Positions 30,033 through 39,450 of a DNA stretch of 64,000 nucleotides are shown in pieces (within the stretch, counting starts at the first letter, position 1; every line of letters starts with the position of its first letter). Both the position numbers and the translations under genes were made by a program. This DNA is from a bacterium (GTDB lineage: Bacteria; UBA8248): assembly GCA_965207065.1 (NCBI GenBank), contig OZ242260.1, forward strand, positions 4,192,001-4,256,000. Direction: 5' to 3'. The notes under the pieces are model-generated. The model saw only the letters and a list, made by a program, of their open reading frames with translations. It was not told the DNA's origin and did no database searches.

Positions 30033-30210
30033 ACTCATCTCCTGCTGTTCGGCTTTCAGCGAAGCTCAATATCTACACTCACGCCCGATAACGAAAGAAC
30101 CGGAGAACGAAGTCTCCGGCTCTACTCGAGGTTTGCTATAAATCCTGAGGAGCGAACGACGGGAGCATACCTTCCTTCCACGGCAGGCTCGCCGCGCACG
30201 CTCTCGGAAC

Positions 30211-30504
30211 TTATTTCATCATCTTCTTCATCATCTTCTTCTTTTTGAAGCCCTTGGCCATCATGCACGAATCGAAATTGCTTTGCCCATAAGACGATGC
30301 GGAACTGGTCGCTTCGGGACCGCCTTTGGCTTTCGCATCGAAAATGAACTCTTCCTTCACCGCGCAATCTTTCAGGTCTTTCACCGCCTGGTCCATCTTC
30401 ACGCCAACGCCGCGCTTAAACCAGACATTTTGCTCAGGCGTCGTGCACCCCGTAACCACGAAAACCATTCCAACCGCCAGAAAGACACCAGCCATTTTTC
30501 GCAT
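30211..30504 (-). CDS. Small putative lipoprotein
   Basis: Signal peptide ending in VTGC lipobox; Cys pair (DLKDC, FDSCMMAKGF); Lys/Met tail. Confidence 0.65.
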   Translation of the reverse strand: MRKMAGVFLAVGMVFVVTGCTTPEQNVWFKRGVGVKMDQAVKDLKDCAVKEEFIFDAKAKGGPEATSSASSYGQSNFDSCMMAKGFKKKKMMKKMMK

Positions 30505-30741
30505 GAGTCGAATTCTCCCTATAAAATCCATGCCTCGTTCGTCTTCACACTCCAACGAGGTCAAAACGCTATTCATTCAAGACAGATTGAAATTTACCAT
30601 TCTATTTCTCTATCGTCCAACACAAAATACACTAGCACTCCGATAGGTCGAAATCGAGTCTTCACGGCAGCAACCCGAAACCACGAAAAAAAGCAATATC
30701 CATTAAATTATTCAATACATTCACTTATTTTTTACCCCTTG

Positions 30742-30771
30742 AATTTATCGAAAAACCCCGTGAATTTATCT
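30742..30771 (-). repeat. Right copy of 30-bp inverted repeat
   Basis: AATTTATCGAAAAACCCCGTGAATTTATCT is the reverse complement of 16611-16640; partial similarity extends on both sides. Confidence 0.9.
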
Positions 30772-30931
30772 AATTTTACGGTAATTCCTTATCTTTGAAC
30801 GCTACGACTCGCTTCGACATCATACACGTCCGCACTCTGAGCGGCGCGAGCGCAAACGCGGGGAAATGCGGATTTACTCATGGCGGAATTGATAACCTCC
30901 GACGAAACCGAGCGGTTATTGGGGCTACGAT

Positions 30932-30959
30932 GTAGGGACAGGTCGCGACCTGTCCCTAC
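30932..30959. repeat. Perfect 28-bp REP palindrome
   Basis: GTAGGGACAGGTCGCGACCTGTCCCTAC, identical at 36970-36997. Confidence 0.9.
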
Positions 30960-31174
30960 CTGTACCAGGGCATATCCGATACGGTTTAGGGCAGGCGCAT
31001 CCATCGGAACCTGCCAGGGGGCGTCCACGACCGACACCTGAGAGTTGATGAGCAATCACCCCAACCGGGAACCCGCGTTATCTCGCCTCGCCGGCGCAAC
31101 CCCGAACCCCGCACGAATATGCTATAAACAATAAAAAAGTGGTGCTCGTACAGCCTGAAAAGGAGAAGAACAAC

Positions 31175-31981
31175 GTGTCGAACTCGGATTTGGCGGGAAG
31201 CTGGGCGCTCATACTGGGGGCCAGCAGCGGTTTTGGCGAAGCGAACGCCCTGAAACTATCGAGCTTGGGAGTCAACATTATAGGCGTTCACCTCGACAGA
31301 AAGGCCACGCTGCCCAACGTGGAACGCATTCGGGAGCAAATCAAAAAGAGCGGCGCGGAATCGCTTTATTTCAACGTGAACGCGGCGGGCCACGAGGAGC
31401 GCGAAAGCGTTCTCGATCAAATCCAGGAGCACCTGGGCGAGAGCGCGAATGGCGCGGTGCGCATTCTGCTCCACAGCCTGGCCTTCGGCACGCTCAAGCC
31501 CTACATCGCCGATGAGGAGAAAGACGCCATCTCCCCCAGGCAGCTCGAAATGACGCTGGACGTCATGGCGAACAGCCTGGTGTACTGGAGCCAGGCGCTC
31601 GTGCGGAGCGGCCTCATGGGCTTCGGTGGCCGCATCTACGCCATGACGAGCGCGGGCGGACACCGCATCTGGAAAACATACGGCGCCGTGTCGGCGGCCA
31701 AGGCCGCGCTCGAGAGCCACATCCGCCAGCTCGCGGTCGAACTCGCGCCCAGGGGCATTACGGCGAACAGCATTCAGGCCGGCGTCACGGACACGCCCGC
31801 CCTTCGGAAAATCCCCGGAAACGCCGAAATGATCGAGGGCACGAAAAAAATCAACCCGCACGGGGAGCTGACGACGCCGCAGAAAGTAGCCGACGCCATC
31901 GCGACGCTGGCCACCTCCGGCACGCAGTGGATGACGGGCGATCTGATTCGGGTCGACGGAGGCGAGGACATCGCGGGTTGA
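31175..31981 (+). CDS. SDR enoyl-ACP reductase (FabL-like)
   Basis: LGASSGFG, YGAVSAAKAALE (Yx6K), GVTDTPAL..IP; GTG start after AGGAG. Confidence 0.85.
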   Translation: MSNSDLAGSWALILGASSGFGEANALKLSSLGVNIIGVHLDRKATLPNVERIREQIKKSGAESLYFNVNAAGHEERESVLDQIQEHLGESANGAVRILLHSLAFGTLKPYIADEEKDAISPRQLEMTLDVMANSLVYWSQALVRSGLMGFGGRIYAMTSAGGHRIWKTYGAVSAAKAALESHIRQLAVELAPRGITANSIQAGVTDTPALRKIPGNAEMIEGTKKINPHGELTTPQKVADAIATLATSGTQWMTGDLIRVDGGEDIAG

Positions 31982-32104
31982 AGAGCGTTTCGCAGGACCA
32001 CGGAACCATTCCCCGGCAAGAAACCCGCACAGTCGCGGGATAGATGGAAACCGCGAGCGCCGTTCGTTTTGAGATAGACTCCTCTATTTTTCCTTGAGAT
32101 ACAC

Positions 32105-32857
32105 ATGAGCGAGTGGGAAGTCGTTTTCGTCTTTTGCGTTCTCTTCCTGGGAGGATTCGTCAAGGGTTCTATCGGTTTCGGCACGCCCCTGGTGGCCGCG
32201 CCGCTGCTAGCGCTCTTACTCGTCCCCCAAAACGTCGCTACGCTGCTTGCGTTCTCGCTGCTCCTCTCGAACATCGCCGACGCCTACCGCCTCCGTTCAG
32301 AGTGGCGCGCCATCAGGGAAATATCGCTCTATCTCCCGTTCGCCCTGGCGTTCGTACCGGTCGGGGTGTGGTTCCTGGGATTCGGGGATCCCGATTTCAT
32401 TCGCTTGATGATGGGGGTCATGGCCTATACCTACCTGCTCGTGGAGAGCCGCCTCGGCTCCTTCAAGGAACTGGGCTCCGGGCTGCAAAAAATCGTGGCC
32501 GCCGGGATGGGCGCGCTTCTCGGTTTCGTATACGGAACGACGACCATCAGCGGCGTCATCAGCACGATTTACTTCAGCATGCTGAGACTGCCGAAAAACC
32601 CCTTCATCTTCCTGATGAACATCTTCAATGCGGCGGGCATGTCCATCATGGTCCTGAGCCTTTCACACCAGGGAATTTACACAAATCCTCGCTTTATCGA
32701 AGGGCTGCTGGCGATCATCCCCATAGGTATCGGGTATCTGGTGGGCATCCGGGTTCGCGAGCGCATCGACCAGGCGCTTTTCTTCAGGATCATCCGGGTC
32801 GCCTTGTTCTTTATCGCCACGAGCCTGGTGATCAAGTTCATCTTGGCGAAGATGTGA
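32105..32857 (+). CDS. Sulfite exporter TauE/SafE (TSUP) family
   Basis: GFVKGSIGFG..LV..P motif and about 8 TM helices. Confidence 0.85.
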   Translation: MSEWEVVFVFCVLFLGGFVKGSIGFGTPLVAAPLLALLLVPQNVATLLAFSLLLSNIADAYRLRSEWRAIREISLYLPFALAFVPVGVWFLGFGDPDFIRLMMGVMAYTYLLVESRLGSFKELGSGLQKIVAAGMGALLGFVYGTTTISGVISTIYFSMLRLPKNPFIFLMNIFNAAGMSIMVLSLSHQGIYTNPRFIEGLLAIIPIGIGYLVGIRVRERIDQALFFRIIRVALFFIATSLVIKFILAKM

Positions 32858-33197
32858 GGGGCTGATGAAAAAGTCCTGATTTCATGATTCAGCGTATATT
32901 ACCTACCAGGGAGAGAGAAGAATCACTCCCCTCTTGAAGTATCTGTTGAAAAAGCCATTGTCCAAAGAGCACCCCCCCTACTCCCCTTGTCAGGGGTCAA
33001 ACGCGAGTGAGGAACGAGCGTTTGCATAAGCCATTGGCGGGAAACGCATCGGCTTGCAATTCCTCCCTCCTCGGTCGGAATTGACCCCTGACAAGGGGGG
33101 GTAGGGGGGGGGTTGGTTTTCAGGTCGAGAGGGGCGTCTCCTCTATCCCCGAAACAGGGGTTTTTCAACAACCCCTTGAGGGTCGGGCCTCCCGAGA
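32858..33197. mobile_element. Composite element copy 4 with inner element nested in module B
   Basis: GGGGCTGATGAAAAAG directly after a stop codon; inner GTATCTGTTGAAAAAG..TTTTTCAACAACCCC (about 32939-33175) flanked by TTGAA/TTGAG. Confidence 0.8.
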
Positions 33198-33259
33198 GAA
33201 AGCCCGGCGGCGAAGGAAAATTTATGCCCAAGGACCGTCATTGGGTCTCATCACAAAGA

Positions 33260-33291
33260 AAACCCCGCCCGGGCGAACCCGGACGGGGTTT
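33260..33291. terminator. Hairpin terminator between convergent genes
   Basis: AAACCCCG.CCGGG-CGAA-CCCGG.CGGGGTTT. Confidence 0.7.
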
Positions 33292-33324
33292 GATGTTATC
33301 GGGCGAGAGAGCGCCCTATTCCGG

Positions 33325-34479
33325 TTAGCTGCCCTGCTTCGCCATGATGGCGCGGGTGATGTCGCCCTCGGGCGTCTTGCCCTCCGGCGAGCCGTTCATG
33401 CCGGGGAATTTCAGATGGTTCTTCACCGGGTCGATGCCAGCAAGCCTCGCGAGCGTACCGCCCAGGAAGTCCGCCTTGTCCTGTTTCGTGATGGCGGGGT
33501 ATCCCCACTTCTCCTGCAGTTCCTCGTCGATCTGGAGCTTGAGGACCGCCTCGACCGACTGGTAGGGGTCCGAAGCGGGCCAGTCGCTGCCCCAGACGAA
33601 ACGACCGGGGCCTACGATCTGAAGCGTCGTGCCGACCATGTGGGCGAACCGGTGCGGCGCGCGCATGAGCCAGGGGAGAAGAATCGAGTAGCTCACGTAC
33701 ACGTTCGGGTGCTTCCACATCAGCATGATGAGGTCTTCCCAGTAGGGATAGCCGCCGTGGTAGGCCACGATCTTGAGGTCCGGGAAGTCGGACGCCACCT
33801 CGTCCAGCAGAATCGGCAGGGTGTAGCGCGTCGGGCCCAGGCGGATGGTGATGCCCGTGTGGAAGAAGGCGACGATGCCCTTGTCCTGGCACATCTCATA
33901 GGCGGGCCAGAGCCTGCGGTCGTTGATGGGGCAGTCTTCCGGCTGATAGAACTTGGTGAACTTGAAGTTGTAGTTGTCGTGGAGGTATTCCATCTCCCAG
34001 AGGAAATCCTTGGTCTTGCGCTTGGAGAACGGTCCCACGTTCGAGACGCCGATCACGCGGTCGGGGTATTTTTCGATCGCGTCGATGACGTGCTGGTTCG
34101 TGGAAAACGGCGCGCTGTCGCCCGCCGTGTCGATGAACGACTCGCGCATCAGGGCTATCTGGTCCACGCCCGAGCGGTCCATGTCGGCGATGATTTTGTC
34201 GATATGCCAGTCCATGCCCGGGTGCATGGCCGACTGCCTGTTGTTCCTGTGGTCGATCCACTGCCACTGGTTGCACATCTTATGCGCGTACTCGAAGGTT
34301 TTGGTCCCTTCGAAATACTTGATGTAGCGCCGGTAATCCTCGGGCATCACATGGACTTCGCAGTCGATGGTGTAATAGTCGTTCGCGTCCTCGCCCGTCT
34401 CGGGATTGGACGGCAAGGGCATCTTGGTGTCCCATGAGGGGGGCACGAATTCGGCCTGCGCTGTTCCGTCTGTGCTCAT
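33325..34479 (-). CDS. Amidohydrolase family 2 protein
   Basis: IDCEVH, KFY, FHTG, FPDLKIVAYHGGYP, WGSDWP. Confidence 0.9.
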   Translation of the reverse strand: MSTDGTAQAEFVPPSWDTKMPLPSNPETGEDANDYYTIDCEVHVMPEDYRRYIKYFEGTKTFEYAHKMCNQWQWIDHRNNRQSAMHPGMDWHIDKIIADMDRSGVDQIALMRESFIDTAGDSAPFSTNQHVIDAIEKYPDRVIGVSNVGPFSKRKTKDFLWEMEYLHDNYNFKFTKFYQPEDCPINDRRLWPAYEMCQDKGIVAFFHTGITIRLGPTRYTLPILLDEVASDFPDLKIVAYHGGYPYWEDLIMLMWKHPNVYVSYSILLPWLMRAPHRFAHMVGTTLQIVGPGRFVWGSDWPASDPYQSVEAVLKLQIDEELQEKWGYPAITKQDKADFLGGTLARLAGIDPVKNHLKFPGMNGSPEGKTPEGDITRAIMAKQGS

Positions 34480-34642
34480 TCTCTGTTACCTCCAGAAGGG
34501 TCAGATGTAGATGGAAGCGATGTCGTCGCGTTCCGCTCTATGATGACAAACACCATTTGCTCAGAAACAAAAGAAGTCCTATGTTAGTTTGCTAAAGAAA
34601 TCGTGTAAAGCATCCTTGTGCTGAAAGCGGGAAGAGGCGGCG

Positions 34643-36925
34643 ATGTCTGACGAAACACGAAAAACCTATACGCTCTGCTCCCCCCACTGCGGGAACAACC
34701 CCTGCAGTTTCGAGGTCGAAGCGAGCGGCGAAACCATCACCTCGTTCCGGGCGAATCCCAGGATGCGCATCAAGCCCTGCATCAAGGGGTTCCAGTTGCC
34801 GGACCGGTATCATCATCCCGACAGGCTCCTCTACCCCATGAAGCGCGTGGGCGAGAAGGGCTCGGGGCCGGGCGGCGCGAACCGCTTCGAACGCGTGAGT
34901 TGGGACGAGGCGCTGGATATGGTCGCCCGGGGGCTCGAGGCCGCCAAGGCGAAGGGCGGAAACGAATCCGTGATGATGTACCACTACTCCGCCCAGCACA
35001 CCCTGCCCGGCGGACGCGACGCCGACCCCGCCACCATCATGCGGCTGCTGAACATGTGGGGCGGCGCCGTGCAGCCCTACATGCGCGGCAGCCTCTGCTG
35101 GAAGGCATTCCTCGGCGCGAGCGACGACGTCTTCGGCCACTGGCAGGTGAACAACAAGCCGACCGATGACTGCGAGTGGATTGTCCTGTGGGGCAACAAC
35201 CCGGTGGAGACGGGATACCGCGGCCTGCTCCAGTCATTACAGAGCGCCAAGAAGAACGGAACCCGCTTCATCGTGGTGGATCCCCTCCGCACGCGGACGG
35301 TGGAACGCTTCGGCGAAGTGCACGTGCCGATTCGCCCCTCGACGGACACAGCGCTTGCGCTGGCGGTCTTAAGACTCATGCTCGCTGAGGGCGCGATCGA
35401 TGAGGATTTTCTCCGGGTGAGAAGCAACGCCGCGTTCCTGGTGGATACAGAAGACGGCCGCTTCGTGCGGGACCCGGGTGGCGCGCCGGTCGTCTGGGAT
35501 GAAGAAACCGCTTCGGCCAGGCCGTTCGACGCCTGCACAAAACCGGCCCTGAGCGGGACGTTCCAGGTGAACGGAACCGGTTGCAGGCCCGCGCTCGATT
35601 ACCTGCGCGACGCCGCCGAACCCTGGACGCCCGAGCGCGCGGCGCGCGAGTGCGGCGTCTCGGCGGAGCACGTGCGCGCCATCGCCCAGGCGATGCGAAA
35701 CGGAAAAGTCATCGTCTACTACGGGTCTTACCAGCGCACCGTACACGGGGAGCAGGCCGTCCGCGCGCTGCACATCCTGAACCTCATGGCGGGCGCATCG
35801 GGCGGCGTGCTGCGCCACGGGGCGAGTGAGGCGGGCTTTTCCTCCGCCACGGCGCACGGAACCGGCCTCGTCGAAGTGATGACCGACCGCTGGGCCGTTC
35901 CCAATCCGGTGAAGCGCACCATCCCGACAGGCCAGACCGCGGAAGCCATCCTGAACCCCGACTCCCACGGCGGCCCCGTGCACGCCGCGCTCGTAATGTG
36001 GGGCAACCCCGTCGGGCAGGCCGGAAACGCCCACAAGACCGAGCGCGCCCTGCGTTCTCTGGATTTTTGCGCGGTGGCGGACGTCTTCATGACGCCGACG
36101 GCGAAATGCGCGGACGTGGTGTTGCCGGCCTCCACCTGGCTCGAGCGTTGCGCAATCACCGGGGGGATGGAGGCGGGCAGCACCTTCTATCATCTCGCCC
36201 GCGAGATGAATCCCAAACACATCCTGCTCTATACGCCAGGCGTCATGCCGCCGCGCGGGGAATCGCTCGATGATTTCGAGATCGTCTGCCGTCTGGCCGA
36301 AAAAATGGGCTACGGCGCGCATTTCCCCTGGAAATCATCGAGGGAATGGATAGAAGAACTCCTGGAAGCCGCGCGGGCGGACGCGCGCTTCCCCTGGTTC
36401 AAGGATGTCACAATCGAAAAACTCGAAGCCGAGGGGCAGATTACCCTCGACGTCCCGGACGCCGCTCCCGGCTGGGATCTCGACACCCCGCACGGGCGGG
36501 CGCAGGTCTATTTCGAGGATATCCCGCAGCACGCGCCCACGCATTTCCCGCCCGAAGAAAATACGGCGGACGAGGGAGCGAGCTACCCGCTCCATCTCCT
36601 CACGCCGAAAACCTATTTCCGGGCGAGTTCGACCTTCAACAACGCGACGAAGCTCCTGCGCCACGGCTGGAACGTCGCGACTCTCCATCCGGTCGACGCC
36701 GCCGCGAGGGGCATCGAAAACGGCGACAGCGTGCGTCTTAAAAACGATTATGGAGAGTCCGTGTTCGAGGCCAAGGTGAGCGAGGGCATCAAGCCCGGAG
36801 TCGTTCACGTTCCGGCGGGCGGGTTGCCCGAGGACGGCGCGGCCAACCAGCTTACCGGCGACGCCTTGTCCGAATACGAAAACGCCACGTTCAACAGTTA
36901 CCGCGTAGAGGTGGAGAAAAGCTGA
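34643..36925 (+). CDS. Molybdopterin-dependent oxidoreductase (DMSO reductase superfamily), no signal peptide
   Basis: CSPHCG...C..CIKG Fe-S motif, RLLYPMKRVG, VSWDEALD, WGNNP, IRPSTD, ADVVLPA, C-terminal MGD-binding domain. Confidence 0.92.
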   Translation: MSDETRKTYTLCSPHCGNNPCSFEVEASGETITSFRANPRMRIKPCIKGFQLPDRYHHPDRLLYPMKRVGEKGSGPGGANRFERVSWDEALDMVARGLEAAKAKGGNESVMMYHYSAQHTLPGGRDADPATIMRLLNMWGGAVQPYMRGSLCWKAFLGASDDVFGHWQVNNKPTDDCEWIVLWGNNPVETGYRGLLQSLQSAKKNGTRFIVVDPLRTRTVERFGEVHVPIRPSTDTALALAVLRLMLAEGAIDEDFLRVRSNAAFLVDTEDGRFVRDPGGAPVVWDEETASARPFDACTKPALSGTFQVNGTGCRPALDYLRDAAEPWTPERAARECGVSAEHVRAIAQAMRNGKVIVYYGSYQRTVHGEQAVRALHILNLMAGASGGVLRHGASEAGFSSATAHGTGLVEVMTDRWAVPNPVKRTIPTGQTAEAILNPDSHGGPVHAALVMWGNPVGQAGNAHKTERALRSLDFCAVADVFMTPTAKCADVVLPASTWLERCAITGGMEAGSTFYHLAREMNPKHILLYTPGVMPPRGESLDDFEIVCRLAEKMGYGAHFPWKSSREWIEELLEAARADARFPWFKDVTIEKLEAEGQITLDVPDAAPGWDLDTPHGRAQVYFEDIPQHAPTHFPPEENTADEGASYPLHLLTPKTYFRASSTFNNATKLLRHGWNVATLHPVDAAARGIENGDSVRLKNDYGESVFEAKVSEGIKPGVVHVPAGGLPEDGAANQLTGDALSEYENATFNSYRVEVEKS

Positions 36926-36969
36926 GCCTGAACGACAGGCTTCCTCCGCACTTGAAGCTGTTATTTTAA

Positions 36970-36997
36970 GTAGGGACAGGTCGCGACCTGTCCCTAC
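36970..36997. repeat. Perfect 28-bp REP palindrome (second copy)
   Basis: Identical to 30932-30959; lies between convergent genes. Confidence 0.9.
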
Positions 36998-37022
36998 AGC
37001 GATACGAGACTCAGAGATTTCC

Positions 37023-37847
37023 CTACCTCCACTCCCACCCCTTGTGCTTGATGAGCACCACTTCGGTGGGGGGCGGCAACGTCCTGCGGCTGAAGACGTA
37101 GGTGTCGCCCTCGATTCTTTTGACGCGCCTGAAACCACCGAGAAATACGTTCAACTCCTCGAGCGAGCGGACGTCCATCGGAATCGCGACATTGGGGCTC
37201 AGTCTGCGGACGAAATCCGCCATGATTCTCGGGTTCATGGCTCCGGGGTCAGAGATTATCGCCAGCGCCACATGAATCTTACCCAGCCTTCTCAGCTGCT
37301 CGGGGTTCATCGGCGAGCCGAGATCCCCCAGGTGGGCGATGCAAAGTCCGCCCGTCTCAAACAGAAAAGACGAGGCCTTCGATTCCCCCGCATCGAAGTC
37401 GTCACCCCCATCGCCCTGCACGATGGGTACGTTTCTTATGCGCACGTCGCCTGTCCGGTAATCTACTTCGTTCCATTTCTCTCCATGGTTGAGCACGCCC
37501 TGCAAGACGACCGGGTTCCCGCCCAGGACCTCGACAAAACTGTGGTTCATCGCCACCTCACTCGTGGTGGCCACGTGGGGGCTTGTCTTCGGGATGGGAA
37601 AACCCCGGTGCGGCGAGAACGGATCGGTCACGATGCGAATTCCTTGGGGGGAGATGATGCGGAAAAAAGCGTGGCCGAACCACTGGATGCTGATCCGGCG
37701 CGGGGCTTTCGCCACTGGGACGTAGGATACGGGCGCCGCTCGCCTGAAGGGCATGTAGCGCACCAGACCGGGTGAGCATTTGGCGGAAACGACCGTCGGC
37801 GCGGTCAAAAGGCAGACGAGTACAACGAAACAAAGCGCCTTTTTCAT
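37023..37847 (-). CDS. Secreted metallo-beta-lactamase-fold protein
   Basis: Signal peptide; WFGHAFF.I, VTDPF, HLGDLG, IPM; HxHxDH motif degenerate. Confidence 0.75.
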   Translation of the reverse strand: MKKALCFVVLVCLLTAPTVVSAKCSPGLVRYMPFRRAAPVSYVPVAKAPRRISIQWFGHAFFRIISPQGIRIVTDPFSPHRGFPIPKTSPHVATTSEVAMNHSFVEVLGGNPVVLQGVLNHGEKWNEVDYRTGDVRIRNVPIVQGDGGDDFDAGESKASSFLFETGGLCIAHLGDLGSPMNPEQLRRLGKIHVALAIISDPGAMNPRIMADFVRRLSPNVAIPMDVRSLEELNVFLGGFRRVKRIEGDTYVFSRRTLPPPTEVVLIKHKGWEWR

Positions 37848-37967
37848 CCCTTCTCCCTCCGGTCGGCGTTAGATGGATGAGGGAAATACTATCCTGAAAA
37901 CCGGAGCGTGAGAAGCGATGCGTCCTCATCAGGGCAAGCGGTTCGATAAAGCATAGGCGGCGGACAG

Positions 37968-38223
37968 GGGGCTGCTGAAAAACCCCTTTTCAGGGGGTAG
38001 GCGGGACGCCCCTCTCGACTGGAAAGCACCCCCCTACCCCCCTTGAACGGGACTGTTGAAAAACCCCGATGATGGTGGAATGGTAGTGTAGGGACAACCC
38101 TCCGTGGTTGTCCTTTTGCAGGATGGTTACAATCAGGACAGGCGCGGAGGCCTGTCCCTACCCCTCTCTCCCCGGTCGGCTCCATACGCCGAATCACGAA
38201 ATGATGACTTTTTCAACAACCCC
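37968..38223. mobile_element. Composite element copy 5
   Basis: GGGGCTGCTGAAAAA, internal GGGACTGTTGAAAAA, REP pair, subterminal CCATACGCCGAATCACGAAA, CTTTTTCAACAACCCC. Confidence 0.8.
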
Positions 38224-38328
38224 ACAAGACTTCCCCCCATAAGTTTTTCAAAAGCCCTCTTTATGACACGATGAACCCGTCTCTCCGATTGCCGATGGAT
38301 CGTATTCGCTCATACGAAAGGAACCACC

Positions 38329-39021
38329 ATGCCCATCATTGATTTGAGTCTCGCCCACTACGACGAAATGGACCCCGTGGCGGCCGCCGTGGGCAAGATG
38401 ATGAACGCCGAAACCTCCGTGCGGCGCAAGTTCTTCCCGCCCAGGAAAGAACCCGACGTCGTGTTCGTCGATAGCTGGCTCTCCATATTCGCCCATGCGG
38501 GCACGCACCTCGATTGTCCGCGCCACATCTACCGCTGGGGGAAAACGACGGACGAGGTGGCGCTCGACCGCTTCATGGGGCCCGCCTGTCTGCTCGATTT
38601 CTCATCCAGGGGGGCGGATGAGGCCATCTCGGCTGAGGATTTAGAGGCGCATGCGGGACTCGTCCAGGAAAACGACATCGTTTTGCTGCGCACCGACTTT
38701 ACGGACAAGTTCTGGGGCTCGGACGCCTACTTGAGAAACTCGCCCTTCCTGACCGGCGACGGCGCCAGGTGGCTCGTGGACAAGGGGGTGAAGGCCGCTG
38801 GCTTTGATTTTCTCCAGGAAGAGGAAGTCAAGAAAATTCCCGAGAACGTGCCCGAGAACTACGTGGTCCACCGGACGCTGCTGGGAAACGGGATCATCCA
38901 GATCGAGCACATGACGAACCTCTCCGCCATACCGCAGGAGCGCTTCCAAGTCATCGCCCTGCCGCTCAAGATGCCGGGGATCGAAGGCTCCCCCTGCCGG
39001 GCCGTGGCCGTCGTGGACTAG
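38329..39021 (+). CDS. Cyclase family protein (kynurenine formamidase-like)
   Basis: HAGTHLDCPRH, VH..LL, IEHM.NL, GSPCRAVA. Confidence 0.92.
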   Translation: MPIIDLSLAHYDEMDPVAAAVGKMMNAETSVRRKFFPPRKEPDVVFVDSWLSIFAHAGTHLDCPRHIYRWGKTTDEVALDRFMGPACLLDFSSRGADEAISAEDLEAHAGLVQENDIVLLRTDFTDKFWGSDAYLRNSPFLTGDGARWLVDKGVKAAGFDFLQEEEVKKIPENVPENYVVHRTLLGNGIIQIEHMTNLSAIPQERFQVIALPLKMPGIEGSPCRAVAVVD

Positions 39022-39031
39022 GAACTCTCGA

Positions 39032-39304
39032 TTATTCAGGTGATTTCAGCCCCGCCAGATAACCCTCGAACATGCCTTCGAGACGAGACATTCTCGCGTC
39101 CAGGGACGACACGCTCGCTGCCAGGGATGCCACGCTCGTTGCCAGTGATGACACGCTAGCTTCCAGGGATGAAACCCTGGCTTCCAGAGACGACACTCTT
39201 GCTTCCAGGGCAAAGAGGCGGCTGTCAAACTTCCTCTCAATCCGGTAAAGGTAGGCTAGGATGGTGATTCCGAAAAAGGCGATTTCGATCATTTCGGCAG
39301 ACAT
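39032..39304 (-). CDS. Small membrane-anchored coiled-coil protein with heptad repeats
   Basis: N-terminal TM segment then LEARVSS-type heptads ending RLEG. Confidence 0.7.
   Translation of the reverse strand: MSAEMIEIAFFGITILAYLYRIERKFDSRLFALEARVSSLEARVSSLEASVSSLATSVASLAASVSSLDARMSRLEGMFEGYLAGLKSPE
39100..39210. repeat. Degenerate 21-bp tandem repeat (about 5 units)
   Basis: CCAG-initiated units at 39100, 39121, 39142, 39163, 39184 and 39205. Confidence 0.9.
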
Positions 39305-39362
39305 TATTCCACGCACTCCCTAAGGACTTGAAATTTAGATTGGGTCCTCTGGAACGCTCGTA

Positions 39363-39383
39363 CAATATAACTCTATTATATTG
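39363..39383. promoter_or_regulatory. Palindromic operator candidate in divergent promoter
   Basis: CAATATAA-CTCTA-TTATATTG in an AT-rich gap. Confidence 0.5.
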
Positions 39384-39450
39384 AATATTTAATTTCAAAC
39401 TGGAGACTTCTCGTACCTAAGGAAATATCTACACCCACTCCTTTCACCCG

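Noticed and set aside
34643..36925. Selenocysteine recoding in the molybdoenzymes
   Set aside because: Both frames are open, with Cys at the likely ligand position; no in-frame TGA seen
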